Part shown: piece by piece, positions 1-9,492 of the stretch
How the letters are laid out: every line of letters begins with the position of its first letter
Numbering within the stretch: the stretch's first letter is position 1
Assembly: GCA_030654225.1 (NCBI GenBank)
Contig: JAURXY010000026.1
Span: 10,448-74,447 of the forward strand
From: a bacterium
GTDB taxonomy: Bacteria > Patescibacteriota > Minisyncoccia > Moranbacterales > UBA2206
Direction of reading: 5' to 3'
DNA length: 64,000 nucleotides
Translations under genes and position numbers: made by a program
Notes under the pieces: model-generated
Told to the model about the DNA's origin: nothing
Databases searched by the model: none
The model's input: the letters and a program-made list of their open reading frames with translations, nothing else

Positions 1-11
1 TAAATAAACAT

Positions 12-41
12 AAAAAAACCGCCCCTTACGGGACGGTTTAG
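12..41 (-). terminator. rho-independent terminator downstream of csp
   Basis: GC hairpin AACCGCCCC-TTAC-GGGACGGTT followed by a T-run on the minus strand. Confidence 0.6.
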
Positions 42-61
42 TGAAAATACTTTTGACAGTA

Positions 62-262
62 TTAGATCTTTGATACGTTGACAGCGCATGGTCCTTTTGG
101 GCTTTCGCTTACTTCGAACTGTACCTTGTCACCTTCTCGCAGTTCTTCAAAGGTTACACCTTGAAGTTCTTTTGAATGAAAGAAAAGATCTTTGTCATTT
201 CCTTCTCGGGAAATGAATCCAAATCCTCGATCAGTCAATTTTTTGATTGTTCCTTGTTCCAT
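62..262 (-). CDS. cspA: cold-shock protein, CspA family
   Basis: 66 aa; RNP motifs KGFGFI and FFH in the translation. Confidence 0.9.
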   Translation of the reverse strand: MEQGTIKKLTDRGFGFISREGNDKDLFFHSKELQGVTFEELREGDKVQFEVSESPKGPCAVNVSKI

Positions 263-385
263 TGTGATAGAGATATAGGTTATTTAAATTGTTCCACTAG
301 AGGCTTTGCAAAAAAGTTCGACGATTCTTCTAACTGCAGGCTTATTGGGACTTGTAGACTAGTATACGCCTCTTTTTTGATTTTG

Positions 386-1645
386 TCAATGGCTTTGGGC
401 GCTGGATTTTCCAGCTGAATATCCCGTAGTCCAGGCGATTTGGAGGTTGTATCCGCCGGTTGGTCCGTCGAGATCCAATACTTCGCCAGCTAGATATAGA
501 TTGGAAATAATTTTGGAGCGCATAGTTTTGTTTTCTACTTCTTTCAAACTCACTCCGCCGGAAGTTATCATAGCTGATTCAAAATCCAAAAGTGAATCGA
601 CACTCAGACGAATATTTTTGAGAAGCTTGGCTAAGTTATTGCGATGATTTTTGCCGAGAGAATAAATTTTTCGGTCGGTTTCAAGTTTAGAAAGTTCTAA
701 AATTGTGAGAGCTAATTTTTGCGAAAAATATTCAGCCAGATAATTTTTCAAATCTTTTTTCTTATATTCTTCAAAATCTATTTTCAATTTTTCTTCTAGT
801 GCATTTTGTGTGAGAGTAGGGAAGAGGTCAAGTTTCAAAAAGATTTCACCCCTAGTAAGATTAGTACTTACATATTTACTGGCGTTAATTATCGCTGGTC
901 CGGAAAGGCCAAAATGAGTGAAAAGAATTTCTCCGGTTATTTCGAATATTTTTTTGTCCTGTTGTAATATTTTTATCCCGACATTTGGAAGGCTCACTCC
1001 CGGCAACTCTTTGACCCAGCGCTCTTTTATTTTTATCGGTGCAAGCGCCGGCATTGGAGAAATGATAGTGTGTCCCATTTTTTCAAGCCATGCATATCCA
1101 TCGCCAATCGAACCAGTGGTTGGAAAAGATTTTCCGCCAGTAGAAAGAATGAAATTTTTGGCATAGATTTTTCGCTCGGCTGTTTTGACGCAGACTATTT
1201 TTGCATCTTTTATTTCAAAAGCCAAAACATTTTGATTGAGTTTCACTACTACCCCATTTTTTTTCAAACTTTTTTTCAAAGTATCTAGTACGTCTTGCGC
1301 TTTGTCGCTCTCGGGGAAAACCCGGCCATCTTTTTCAGTTTTTAGTTTGAGTCCTAATTTCTCAAAAAATTCTTGGGTTTCGCGCGGACCAAAAACGGAG
1401 AGTCCAGAAAAAAGGAACTTACCACTTTTGCCAAGTTTTTCCACAAACTCCCGATTGGAAAAATTAGCTTGGGTAATGTTGCACCGCCCATTGCCAGTCA
1501 AAAGTAATTTCTTTCCCAGGGTAGAATTTTTTTCAATGATGGCTACTTTTTCATTATTTTCGCTCGCCAAAATCCCCGCCATCATTCCAGACGCTCCGCC
1601 TCCCACAATCACTGTATCAAATTTTTCTTCTTTTAGATTGTTCAT
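386..1645 (-). CDS. NAD(P)/FAD-dependent oxidoreductase, HI0933/BaiN-like flavoprotein
   Basis: N-terminal Rossmann GxGxxG (VIVGGGASG); family-typical length 419 aa. Confidence 0.75.
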   Translation of the reverse strand: MNNLKEEKFDTVIVGGGASGMMAGILASENNEKVAIIEKNSTLGKKLLLTGNGRCNITQANFSNREFVEKLGKSGKFLFSGLSVFGPRETQEFFEKLGLKLKTEKDGRVFPESDKAQDVLDTLKKSLKKNGVVVKLNQNVLAFEIKDAKIVCVKTAERKIYAKNFILSTGGKSFPTTGSIGDGYAWLEKMGHTIISPMPALAPIKIKERWVKELPGVSLPNVGIKILQQDKKIFEITGEILFTHFGLSGPAIINASKYVSTNLTRGEIFLKLDLFPTLTQNALEEKLKIDFEEYKKKDLKNYLAEYFSQKLALTILELSKLETDRKIYSLGKNHRNNLAKLLKNIRLSVDSLLDFESAMITSGGVSLKEVENKTMRSKIISNLYLAGEVLDLDGPTGGYNLQIAWTTGYSAGKSSAQSH

Positions 1646-1775
1646 AATAATTTTATCCTAGCATTGTTTGTAATTTTTTCCTATACAAGCTATTGATTTA
1701 TTGGGGAAAAAGGGGTAAAATGGAAGTGTCCAGTAACACTTTTTTAAAAGAATAATTGCCTATAAATATAATTTT

Positions 1776-2330
1776 ATGAATATAAAAAATAAAAATGCGA
1801 TAATACTCCATGGAACGGCTGACAAGCCGACTGATTTTTGGTTTCCGTCTTTGAAAAAAGATTTGGAAGCGAAGGGTTATGAAGTTTGGCTTCCTGAGCT
1901 TCCAAATGCCAAGTTTCCTAATCGAAAAGATTGGCTACCGTTTATTTTGGAAAATGGAAAGTTTACTGAAAAGACAGTTATCATTGGTCACTCAGCCGGC
2001 GCGCAAATAATTTTGAGTCTTTTGGAAAAGATTGAGGTGAAAATCAAACAAGCTATTATGGTGTCTGGTTATGCTAAGGCGCTACGAAGAGAGGAAAGTA
2101 GTGAAAAAAATGTTGATGATTATGATTGGGAGGCAATCAAACCAAAATGTGAAAAATTTGTTTTCATTAATTCCGACAATGATCCTTGGACTTGCGATGA
2201 TACACAAGGAAGGATTATGTTTGATAAGCTTGGTGGAATGCAAATAATTTTGCACGAAGGACACATGGGTTCAAATTATTATAATCAACCCTACAAAGAA
2301 TTCCCTTTAATTTCGAAACTGATTGATTGA
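1776..2330 (+). CDS. alpha/beta hydrolase, YdeN/RBBP9-type serine hydrolase
   Basis: GHSAG nucleophile elbow; about 180 aa single domain. Confidence 0.65.
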   Translation: MNIKNKNAIILHGTADKPTDFWFPSLKKDLEAKGYEVWLPELPNAKFPNRKDWLPFILENGKFTEKTVIIGHSAGAQIILSLLEKIEVKIKQAIMVSGYAKALRREESSEKNVDDYDWEAIKPKCEKFVFINSDNDPWTCDDTQGRIMFDKLGGMQIILHEGHMGSNYYNQPYKEFPLISKLID

Positions 2331-2492
2331 TGTTGTATGAATAATTTTTGTTCAGTAACTTGTTAAGTAACACTTTTCGAAGTAACAATTACATAATTAA
2401 TTACTTACATAAAAAATGAAAAGTAAAATAAAAACTAGTGCAGTCGTGGCGGCGGAATAAAAATTTCCCCAAACCTAAAACCGACATTGATT

Positions 2493-2526
2493 GACTATCC
2501 GACATTCTGCAGAAAGCCAGAATATT
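2493..2526. repeat. 34-bp direct repeat copy 1 (GACTATCCGACATTCTGCAGAAAGCCAGAATATT); candidate ArsR operator
   Basis: exact second copy at 2870-2903; overlaps an extended -10 TGGTATAAT upstream of arsR-like gene. Confidence 0.6.
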
Positions 2527-2567
2527 GTGGTATAATATTATTATCATAAAAAATAATAAAAATAAAA

Positions 2568-2867
2568 ATGTTAGCGAAAAAAAGACAAATTGAGAAAAAG
2601 CAAAAAACTCCATTGCAAATGGAGCGACACTTGAAGGGCGTAGCTAATCATCGGCGGATTGAAATTTTGTTTATTATCTCCGAAGAAGATGGAATTACAC
2701 TAGATGGAATATGCGAAGCGCTCAAAGGTAATACAAAGACAATTTCCGAACACACCAAAAAATTGGTTGGATCTGGCTTGGTGAATAAGAATCGTCGAGG
2801 CAGGAGAATGAGTCACTCACTTTCTCCCTATGGCAAACGCTTTTTGAAATTCATAAAAACATTCTAA
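2568..2867 (+). CDS. ArsR/SmtB-family transcriptional regulator
   Basis: HTH_ArsR signature (NHRRIEIL ... ISEHTKKLVGSGLV). Confidence 0.75.
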   Translation: MLAKKRQIEKKQKTPLQMERHLKGVANHRRIEILFIISEEDGITLDGICEALKGNTKTISEHTKKLVGSGLVNKNRRGRRMSHSLSPYGKRFLKFIKTF

Positions 2868-2869
2868 AT

Positions 2870-2903
2870 GACTATCCGACATTCTGCAGAAAGCCAGAAT
2901 ATT
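2870..2903. repeat. 34-bp direct repeat copy 2, upstream of nitroreductase gene
   Basis: identical to 2493-2526. Confidence 0.6.
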
Positions 2904-2994
2904 AATTGCGCAATTCATTACTTATATAGAATATTTTTTTGTTCCCTAATATGTTAAGTAACACTCTATTAAATAATTAATTAGATATTAAATT

Positions 2995-3498
2995 ATGCTT
3001 ATCGAATCAATTAGAAAGCGTCGGAGCATTCGGGTTTATAAATCTGACCCGATCTCGGATGAAATGGTCGAAGAGGTGATAAGAGCGGGAAAAATTGCCC
3101 CATCAGCTCATGGCGCAGATGCCTTAGAATTCATTGTGGTCAAAAAACAAGAAATGAAGGAGGCTATTTTTGTCATCGTCGGACAAGAAGTCGAGCAAGA
3201 TTTTGTCAAAGAAGCGCCAGTCATCATCATCCCGGTCGCCACTCACGAAGCAAAACTTCCGGTGCAGGATATTGCGGTTGCTTCTGAAAATATGTTTTTG
3301 CAAGCGACGGCGCTGGGGCTAGGCAGTGTCTGGAAAAATATCTCACCCGAGTTTGAAGGAAAGATAAAAACCTTGCTGGGCATTCCGGATAATGCCAAGG
3401 TGATCAATTTAATCCCATTGGGCTTTTCAGGCGAAGAAAAAGAGGAACACACCGAAGATGTGTCAGTGACGGAAAAAATTCACATGGAAAAGTGGTGA
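2995..3498 (+). CDS. nitroreductase family protein
   Basis: N-terminal RRSIRxY motif, about 165 aa. Confidence 0.7.
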   Translation: MLIESIRKRRSIRVYKSDPISDEMVEEVIRAGKIAPSAHGADALEFIVVKKQEMKEAIFVIVGQEVEQDFVKEAPVIIIPVATHEAKLPVQDIAVASENMFLQATALGLGSVWKNISPEFEGKIKTLLGIPDNAKVINLIPLGFSGEEKEEHTEDVSVTEKIHMEKW

Positions 3499-3554
3499 TA
3501 TTTGTTAGATAATATGTTAAGTAACATTTTATAAATAATTAATTATATAAAAAT

Positions 3555-4115
3555 ATGAAAAAAATCACTCTCGTCCCATTGCTATTTTTGGGTGTAATAA
3601 TTTTTTCTGGTTGTGGTGAAAAAACAGAACAAGTAAACAATGGAGAAAAAGCCACGGAGGTGGTGGCGGATAACAATTCTCCAGTAACTGCAAAAACCGC
3701 GGAAGGAATCTGCGGAATTTTTTCCAAGGAGTTTGTCGCTTCGGCCACGGGTCTAAATGTCACAACCGCCGAAACATATGCCACGGAAGGCGTGGAAAGT
3801 TCCAATTGTCGCTATTATATTGATGGCAAAAAAATCGCGCCAGTGATCACTATTGGGAAATTCAAAAATGATTTGGAAAAAGAAAAAAAGAAATATACGG
3901 AGCATCCACTTTTCAAGGGCTGGAGGATATTAAAGAATGACACAATACCTATGGATAATCTGGTCACCTATAATGAGGTCGGGCAATTGAATGACATTTT
4001 TTTGATCACAGGCACAAATGAATATTATCGCCTAACACTCTATTCTTTCAAAACTATTGGTAGTAACGAGATGATCACGTTGGCCTTGAAAGCGCAGAAA
4101 GAGATTGGAAAGTAA
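3555..4115 (+). CDS. lipoprotein, function unknown
   Basis: signal peptide ending with lipobox FSGC. Confidence 0.5.
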   Translation: MKKITLVPLLFLGVIIFSGCGEKTEQVNNGEKATEVVADNNSPVTAKTAEGICGIFSKEFVASATGLNVTTAETYATEGVESSNCRYYIDGKKIAPVITIGKFKNDLEKEKKKYTEHPLFKGWRILKNDTIPMDNLVTYNEVGQLNDIFLITGTNEYYRLTLYSFKTIGSNEMITLALKAQKEIGK

Positions 4116-4130
4116 TTATCTATCAAGCTT

Positions 4131-4159
4131 GACAAAACGAAAAAGAAAGGGTATACTTA
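4131..4159 (+). promoter_or_regulatory. sigma70-like promoter TTGACA-17-TATACT upstream of helicase gene
   Basis: hexamers read directly from the sequence. Confidence 0.4.
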
Positions 4160-4227
4160 CTTTTTATGTTAATACATCTTCACACGTATCTAAACATAAA
4201 ATAATTAATTTTTTATGTTAGATAACA

Positions 4228-5442
4228 ATGTATAACAAAACAAACGCGCGAAGTTCTCGCGCAGACAGTTCTTATGGTGGCAAAAGAGGCGGATCGCGTG
4301 GCGGTTCTCGTCCAAGTGGTCGAAAAAGATTTACTGGCAATGTAATTGATGTTAGTCGTTTCATTTGTAAGGCCAAAGAAATTGTGCCAACGGAAGTTTT
4401 CAAGCCTCGCTATGAATTTTGCGATCTTGAAATTCATACATTGCTCAAGCGCGCTATTGAAAGTCGTGGTTTTGCTGTGCCAACTCCGATTCAAGATCAA
4501 GCTATTCCGGCCATTCTTGCAGGAAAAGATGTGATTGGCTTGGCTAACACTGGCACTGGGAAAACGGGGGCTTTTCTCATTCCAATGATCAATAAAATTC
4601 TTTTGAATCCGCGTGAAAAAGTTTTGATTGTGACGCCGACTCGTGAGCTAGCCATTCAAATTCAAGATGAATTTATGGCGCTGGCTAAAAGACTAAATAT
4701 TTTTTCTGTGGTAGTAGTGGGAGGGGCGGATATTCGAAGACAAATAAAAGAATTGCATAGACGACATAATTTAGTCGTGGGTACTCCAGGGAGACTCAAA
4801 GACTTGATCACCCGAAAAGTTTTGGATCTATCGCAATTTAGTAGTGTGGTGCTCGACGAAGCTGATCGCATGCTCGACATGGGATTTATCAATGATGTAA
4901 ATTGGCTGTTGTCTCTCGTGGCAAAACAAAGACAGATTATGCTTTTCTCAGCAACATTCGGCGCTGAGATTGAAAGTTTAACCAGAAAATTTTTGGTTAA
5001 TCCTGTGAAAATTTCTGTTAAAAGTGGAGAGTCAGCTGGGCAAATTGATCAAAATATTGTGCGCATGGAAAAAGGCAAGGACAAGACAGACACACTGCAT
5101 GATTTGCTCATTCAAGCTAAATTTGAAAAAGTTTTGATTTTTACCCGCACCAAGCATGGCGCCGACAAGCTAACCAAGAGTTTGCTTCAGCGAGGTTTCA
5201 AGACTGAATCTATTCACGGCGACAAACCACACAGCAAAAGACAACGGGCACTCAAAATGTTCAAAGAAAATATTGTGGAAATTTTGGTCGCCACTGATGT
5301 GGCTGCTCGCGGACTCGACATTCCAAATGTGAGTCACGTCATTAATTTTGATCTTCCTGCAACTTATGAAGATTATGTCCACCGCATTGGTCGCACCGGT
5401 CGCGCCGACAAAAAAGGCATCGCGCTGACTTTTGTGGAATAA
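4228..5442 (+). CDS. DEAD-box ATP-dependent RNA helicase (RhlE/DeaD-like), Arg/Gly-rich N-terminus
   Basis: Q-motif, Walker A GTGKTGAF, DEAD, SAT, HRIGRTGR. Confidence 0.9.
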   Translation: MYNKTNARSSRADSSYGGKRGGSRGGSRPSGRKRFTGNVIDVSRFICKAKEIVPTEVFKPRYEFCDLEIHTLLKRAIESRGFAVPTPIQDQAIPAILAGKDVIGLANTGTGKTGAFLIPMINKILLNPREKVLIVTPTRELAIQIQDEFMALAKRLNIFSVVVVGGADIRRQIKELHRRHNLVVGTPGRLKDLITRKVLDLSQFSSVVLDEADRMLDMGFINDVNWLLSLVAKQRQIMLFSATFGAEIESLTRKFLVNPVKISVKSGESAGQIDQNIVRMEKGKDKTDTLHDLLIQAKFEKVLIFTRTKHGADKLTKSLLQRGFKTESIHGDKPHSKRQRALKMFKENIVEILVATDVAARGLDIPNVSHVINFDLPATYEDYVHRIGRTGRADKKGIALTFVE

Positions 5443-5462
5443 AAATTTTGTGAATAAAAAAA

Positions 5463-5500
5463 CAGAGCCGATGGTGGTGTTCACCAGTCGGCTCTTTTTT
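5463..5500 (+). terminator. rho-independent terminator
   Basis: hairpin AGAGCCGATGGTG / CACCAGTCGGCTCT + T6. Confidence 0.7.
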
Positions 5501-5526
5501 GGAATTAAATTTGATGTGTAGCGCTT

Positions 5527-6132
5527 TTATTCAAGCGCCAAAGGGATGCAGGCCGGAACATCAAGGCAGGTATTTTTATCGAGAAAAATTCTTACCCAGC
5601 CGACATCTGTTAGGGAGATAGAATTCCGAATAACATTACATCCGGTGGTCAATTTGTCATTTTCTGAAAGTTCAATAGGAAATTTGAAATTGACATTTCC
5701 TCGAAGAGCGATTGGTAATCTGGGAGCAACTTCAACCCAGTTATAATTGCTTAACTTAATAAGAACTGAACTGTTACATCCTATACGAGGATTTTCCAAA
5801 ACTTTTTCTCCATTTGCAATTTCATCTTGAGCTCGCAATGCTTGTGGTTGAGCGATATCGGTTGTGCGAAGCATATTTACGCCCGCTCCTTTGTGATGAC
5901 GAAAATACTCCCTTAGCCCATAGGAAACACCTCTATTTATTTCAGGCCAACCCGGGGTTTCCAATTTGGCTAACCTGCCTTTTCTTATGTATACGAGTTG
6001 CATTGGATTACTTAGATCCATAAACATAATTCCAACGGAACGATTCTTTTCCTTTCCGCGAATTACGCACAATTTTCCTTCGTATTTCCCAGAGAGAACT
6101 TTATAGATATTACTTTCTGGCTTTATAATCAT
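5527..6132 (-). CDS. hypothetical protein; locally elevated GC
   Basis: long ORF; no recognisable motif; composition differs from neighbours. Confidence 0.4.
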   Translation of the reverse strand: MIIKPESNIYKVLSGKYEGKLCVIRGKEKNRSVGIMFMDLSNPMQLVYIRKGRLAKLETPGWPEINRGVSYGLREYFRHHKGAGVNMLRTTDIAQPQALRAQDEIANGEKVLENPRIGCNSSVLIKLSNYNWVEVAPRLPIALRGNVNFKFPIELSENDKLTTGCNVIRNSISLTDVGWVRIFLDKNTCLDVPACIPLALE

Positions 6133-6248
6133 GGCACGCCCTCCTTAAAAGTGTGAGTTAATTACAGAAAAATAATAAAATATGTAAATTTTTAGTTGTC
6201 AAAAAACTAAGTTTTTAATTTAAGCATTAAATCCAAAAAAATGCAAGT

Positions 6249-7700
6249 CTATCTCTCCAAATCCAACACTTCATCAATCCTAATTTGCGAAACGAATTCG
6301 GGGACGTGGCTCACGAGAATCATAGCGCCTTCGAAGGAATTCAAGGCTTTGGCGATGATGGGCAGATGGCGAAAGTTGATGTGGTTGGTTGGTTCGTCTA
6401 GGATCAAAAGCCCCGGTTCTTCGAGCATAAGACGAGCAAAAGCCACCAGACCTTTTTGTCCTTCAGAAAGTGAACCGATTTTGGCGTCGATAATGGTTTT
6501 GTCGATGAGAAAACCGGAAGCCACAGAGCGCATTCGTTCTTCATCTTCATTTCGCATAACAGCAAAAAGGGAATTGCGCACGGTATCTTCAAAATTGAGA
6601 GTGGAAAAATCCTGGCGGTAATATCCCACGCGAATGCCTTCGGTAATTTTTGCGCCCTTAGCAGATCCTGTGGCGAGAGATTCAAGTAGGGTGCTTTTGC
6701 CAATGCCGTTTGGTCCGGCGAGGAGTAGATGAGTTTTTTTCTTGAGAGAAATTTTGACTTTCTTTATTTCCGGTTCATGATTTTTCATCACCGTGAGTGA
6801 AGAAATGTTTATTATCTCTCCAATTAATCCATCCTGGACTGGAATTTCAAAATCACGAATAGCTTTGTCTTCACGCCTAACATCCACTTTCGCTTCTTCC
6901 ATCTCTTCAGCTTTGTCGCGCATCTTTCGGGCCACGAGTCGCATCTTGCCACCCTTGTTAGCAAAGAAGTTGGCTTTTTCTTTATTAGCAATGATTTCTT
7001 TTTCATATTGGGCGTTTTTCATTTTTTCTTTTTCAATTCGATCGGCAATTTCCGCTACCACGACATAATAGTCGCCGAGATATTGTTCAACTTTGTGGGT
7101 GAAGATGTCGAGATAGAGCACGCCGTCGGTAAAAGAATTTAAAAAGTCCGCATCATGAGAAATCACGATGCAAGTTTTGTTGTAGCTCATCAAAAATTGC
7201 GTGAGATGTTCAATGCCGGCTTTGTCTAAATTATTCGTTGGTTCATCTAGAATCAAAAGATCCGGATCTTGAATCAACGCCGAAGCTAAAAGCAGGCGGG
7301 CTTGTTGTCCGCCGGAAAAAGATTTGACTATTTTGTCATGTGGAGCTTTCAAGTTTACAAGGTCTAGTACCTTGTCAATTTTTGGATCAAGATTATATAA
7401 TTTCTCAGTGAAACATTTAGCAAAAAATTCTTTGACAGTAAGTGTCATTTGTTCGGCCGGAATAACTTGTTTGGCATAAGCAATTTTGAGAGTGGGATTG
7501 ACATAGATGGAACCATCTTCTTCTTTCAAGGATCCTGTAATCAAATTCAAAATAGTCGATTTTCCAGCGCCATTTTGTCCCATAATAGTGATTTTAGTGC
7601 CTTGCCTGAGCGAAAAAGAAGCCTCATCGAGGATGGGTTTTTTGTGTCCGTATTCAAAAGAAACTTTGTTAAATCTAACTGCAACGTCGTCTTTGGCCAT
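6249..7700 (-). CDS. ABC-F family ATPase (translation factor-type; two ABC domains, no TMD)
   Basis: two Walker A (GQNGAGKST, GPNGIGKST), two LSGGQ-like signatures, two Walker B LILDEPTN. Confidence 0.85.
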   Translation of the reverse strand: MAKDDVAVRFNKVSFEYGHKKPILDEASFSLRQGTKITIMGQNGAGKSTILNLITGSLKEEDGSIYVNPTLKIAYAKQVIPAEQMTLTVKEFFAKCFTEKLYNLDPKIDKVLDLVNLKAPHDKIVKSFSGGQQARLLLASALIQDPDLLILDEPTNNLDKAGIEHLTQFLMSYNKTCIVISHDADFLNSFTDGVLYLDIFTHKVEQYLGDYYVVVAEIADRIEKEKMKNAQYEKEIIANKEKANFFANKGGKMRLVARKMRDKAEEMEEAKVDVRREDKAIRDFEIPVQDGLIGEIINISSLTVMKNHEPEIKKVKISLKKKTHLLLAGPNGIGKSTLLESLATGSAKGAKITEGIRVGYYRQDFSTLNFEDTVRNSLFAVMRNEDEERMRSVASGFLIDKTIIDAKIGSLSEGQKGLVAFARLMLEEPGLLILDEPTNHINFRHLPIIAKALNSFEGAMILVSHVPEFVSQIRIDEVLDLER

Positions 7701-7864
7701 AGTGTTTCGAAAAAAATTAAACTAATAAAAAAGCATTGAGTTTTCATTCTAGCGCATTTTTGAAAATTTGGGAAGAGCACTGACACTAAAAACATCCTTT
7801 TGAAATATAATTCTATTGTTGTTGTACTATATCAAGTAGTTCAGTAAGCACTAATATATCAACT

Positions 7865-8062
7865 ATGACAACTAAAGAAAATCAAAGATTAACAATCTTC
7901 ATCAACCCTTATCTGGCTAAACAAGCGAAAGCGCAAGCTATTGTTGAGGAAATAAGTCTCACTAGCCTAATAGAGAAGGCTCTGATTGAATATTTGCCCA
8001 AAGAAACAATAATTAAAAAGATCGAAATTAGTAAAAATAGAAAGGTGGTGAAAACAATATGA
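7865..8062 (+). CDS. small ribbon-helix-helix-like protein
   Basis: 65 aa; N-terminal beta-strand then two helices; 4-nt overlap (ATGA) with next gene. Confidence 0.35.
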   Translation: MTTKENQRLTIFINPYLAKQAKAQAIVEEISLTSLIEKALIEYLPKETIIKKIEISKNRKVVKTI

Positions 8063-8460
8063 CAGAAATTATAAAAGAAACTACAACTGCGAAAGAAGAT
8101 GGCAAAACTCCAGTTGCAGTGACTTCAATCGAAAGCGAAGCGACTGGTTTTCAGACGATTGAATATTTAGTTTATTTCTTTGCCGGACTTTTGGAAATAC
8201 TCTTAGTTTTTCGTCTCGTGCTCAAATTGATGGGAGCTAGCCTCGCAAGTTCATTTGTAGGATTGATTTATGGGATAACAGGAATTTTCATCACTCCCTT
8301 TGAAGGAATATTCCGCAGAGGCTTTGCTCAAGGAGTGGAAACAACTTCAGTTTTGGAGCCATCAACGCTCGTGGCAATTATCGTGTATGCTGTTTTAGCT
8401 TGGGGAATCGTCAAATTAGTACGAATATTCTCGGGCGAAAAACAAAAATCTAGTATGTAA
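8059..8460 (+). CDS. YggT-family membrane protein
   Basis: YGGT-like TM pattern (LLEILLVFRLVLKLM). Confidence 0.5.
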   Translation: MTEIIKETTTAKEDGKTPVAVTSIESEATGFQTIEYLVYFFAGLLEILLVFRLVLKLMGASLASSFVGLIYGITGIFITPFEGIFRRGFAQGVETTSVLEPSTLVAIIVYAVLAWGIVKLVRIFSGEKQKSSM

Positions 8461-8477
8461 TTAAATTTTCAAAAAAT

Positions 8478-8624
8478 ATGTGGACAATAATTATAATCCT
8501 GGTAATCCTATGGTTTCTGGGATTCATCACCTCGTATACTCTTGGTGGACTGCTTCACATCCTACTTGTAATTGCTGTTATTTTAGTTATAATAAGATTA
8601 CTACAAGGTCGAAACATTATTTAA
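8478..8624 (+). CDS. lmo0937-family small membrane protein (48 aa; absent from ORF track)
   Basis: MWTIIIILVILWFLGFITSYTLGGLLHILLVIAVILVIIRLLQGRNII matches the lmo0937/DUF5670 signature. Confidence 0.6.
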   Translation: MWTIIIILVILWFLGFITSYTLGGLLHILLVIAVILVIIRLLQGRNII

Positions 8625-8643
8625 TCTAAAATAGATATTATAT

Positions 8644-8922
8644 ATGGAAACAGTGATGAAAGCAGACATTTTCTTTTTTATCTCTTCTGTGGCGACAGTT
8701 GTGCTCTCGGTATTATTTTCTATCGGCTTGTTTTATCTTATCAAAGCCGGTAGAAATTTATATCTAATTTCAGAAAAGTTGCAAGATAATTTTGAGGATT
8801 CAAAAGAGTTTATTCTAGAACTCAAAGAAAGGTTGGAAGACAACATTATCTTTCGAATGTTTTTTCCACCAGCACGAAAAAGGAAGCGCTCAGAAACGAG
8901 AGATCAAAAAAAAGCTAATTAA
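8644..8922 (+). CDS. DUF948-like small membrane stress protein
   Basis: single N-terminal TM helix followed by a coiled-coil region. Confidence 0.4.
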   Translation: METVMKADIFFFISSVATVVLSVLFSIGLFYLIKAGRNLYLISEKLQDNFEDSKEFILELKERLEDNIIFRMFFPPARKRKRSETRDQKKAN

Positions 8923-8939
8923 TTTTTAAAATAAATATT

Positions 8940-9329
8940 ATGAAAAAGAAGACAGACAAGGTGATCAAGCTGGCAGTCATAGGCGCAAGCTTGGCTGGTG
9001 TAGCAGCGACCGCCTATTTTTTCTTCGGGCCAAAAGGGAAGAAACATCGCGATCATGCCAAATCTTGGGCGATCAAAATGAAGGGGGATGTCATTGAAAG
9101 ATTGGAGAAAGCTAAGGAAATCACTGAACCAATCTATCTTGAAATTATCGATGCAGTGTCCAAGGATTATGCCAAAGAAAAAGTGGCAACAAAAGAGGAA
9201 ATTGGAGCAATTGCTAATGATCTCAAAAAACATTGGAAATCGATAAGTAAATTGGCAATTTCTGCCAAGCAAGATGTCGCCAAAGACGCTTCTCGTGTTA
9301 TGAAAGTAGTTAAGAAAATCAAAAAATAG
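8940..9329 (+). CDS. YtxH-like general stress protein
   Basis: GASLAGVAATAYFFFGPKGKKHRD matches the YtxH motif. Confidence 0.55.
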   Translation: MKKKTDKVIKLAVIGASLAGVAATAYFFFGPKGKKHRDHAKSWAIKMKGDVIERLEKAKEITEPIYLEIIDAVSKDYAKEKVATKEEIGAIANDLKKHWKSISKLAISAKQDVAKDASRVMKVVKKIKK

Positions 9330-9396
9330 GCATTGACGGAATGTGAAGACAGGACTATTATTGAGATATGAAAATTCAATCAAAAAATTTTTATAG

Positions 9397-9425
9397 AAAG
9401 CCACTTTAATCGGTGGCTTTTTTTG
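9397..9425 (+). terminator. rho-independent terminator
   Basis: AAAGCCAC-TTTAATC-GGTGGCTTTTTTT. Confidence 0.7.
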
Positions 9426-9492
9426 TCCTTTAAAAATAATTTCTTTCTGTCTGTGTAAGGTTTAAATAAACTTTTGCAAAAGGAGGCAGAGT

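Noticed and set aside
176-418. ORF-track entries on the opposite strand of, or nested within, confidently assigned genes (e.g. 176..418, 447..647, 1236..1661, 10604..11092, 11797..12234, 23009..24267 set, 26149..27843 set, 31303..31848, 35601..35981, 37723..38175, 40604..41125, 56648..56956)
   Set aside because: They overlap strong family-matched genes antisense or out of frame, have low-complexity translations and no start context. Judged spurious.
2415-2459. 14-codon mini-ORF (MKSKIKTSAVVAAE) after the promoter-like motif
   Set aside because: Too short to support; possibly a leader peptide but no evidence.
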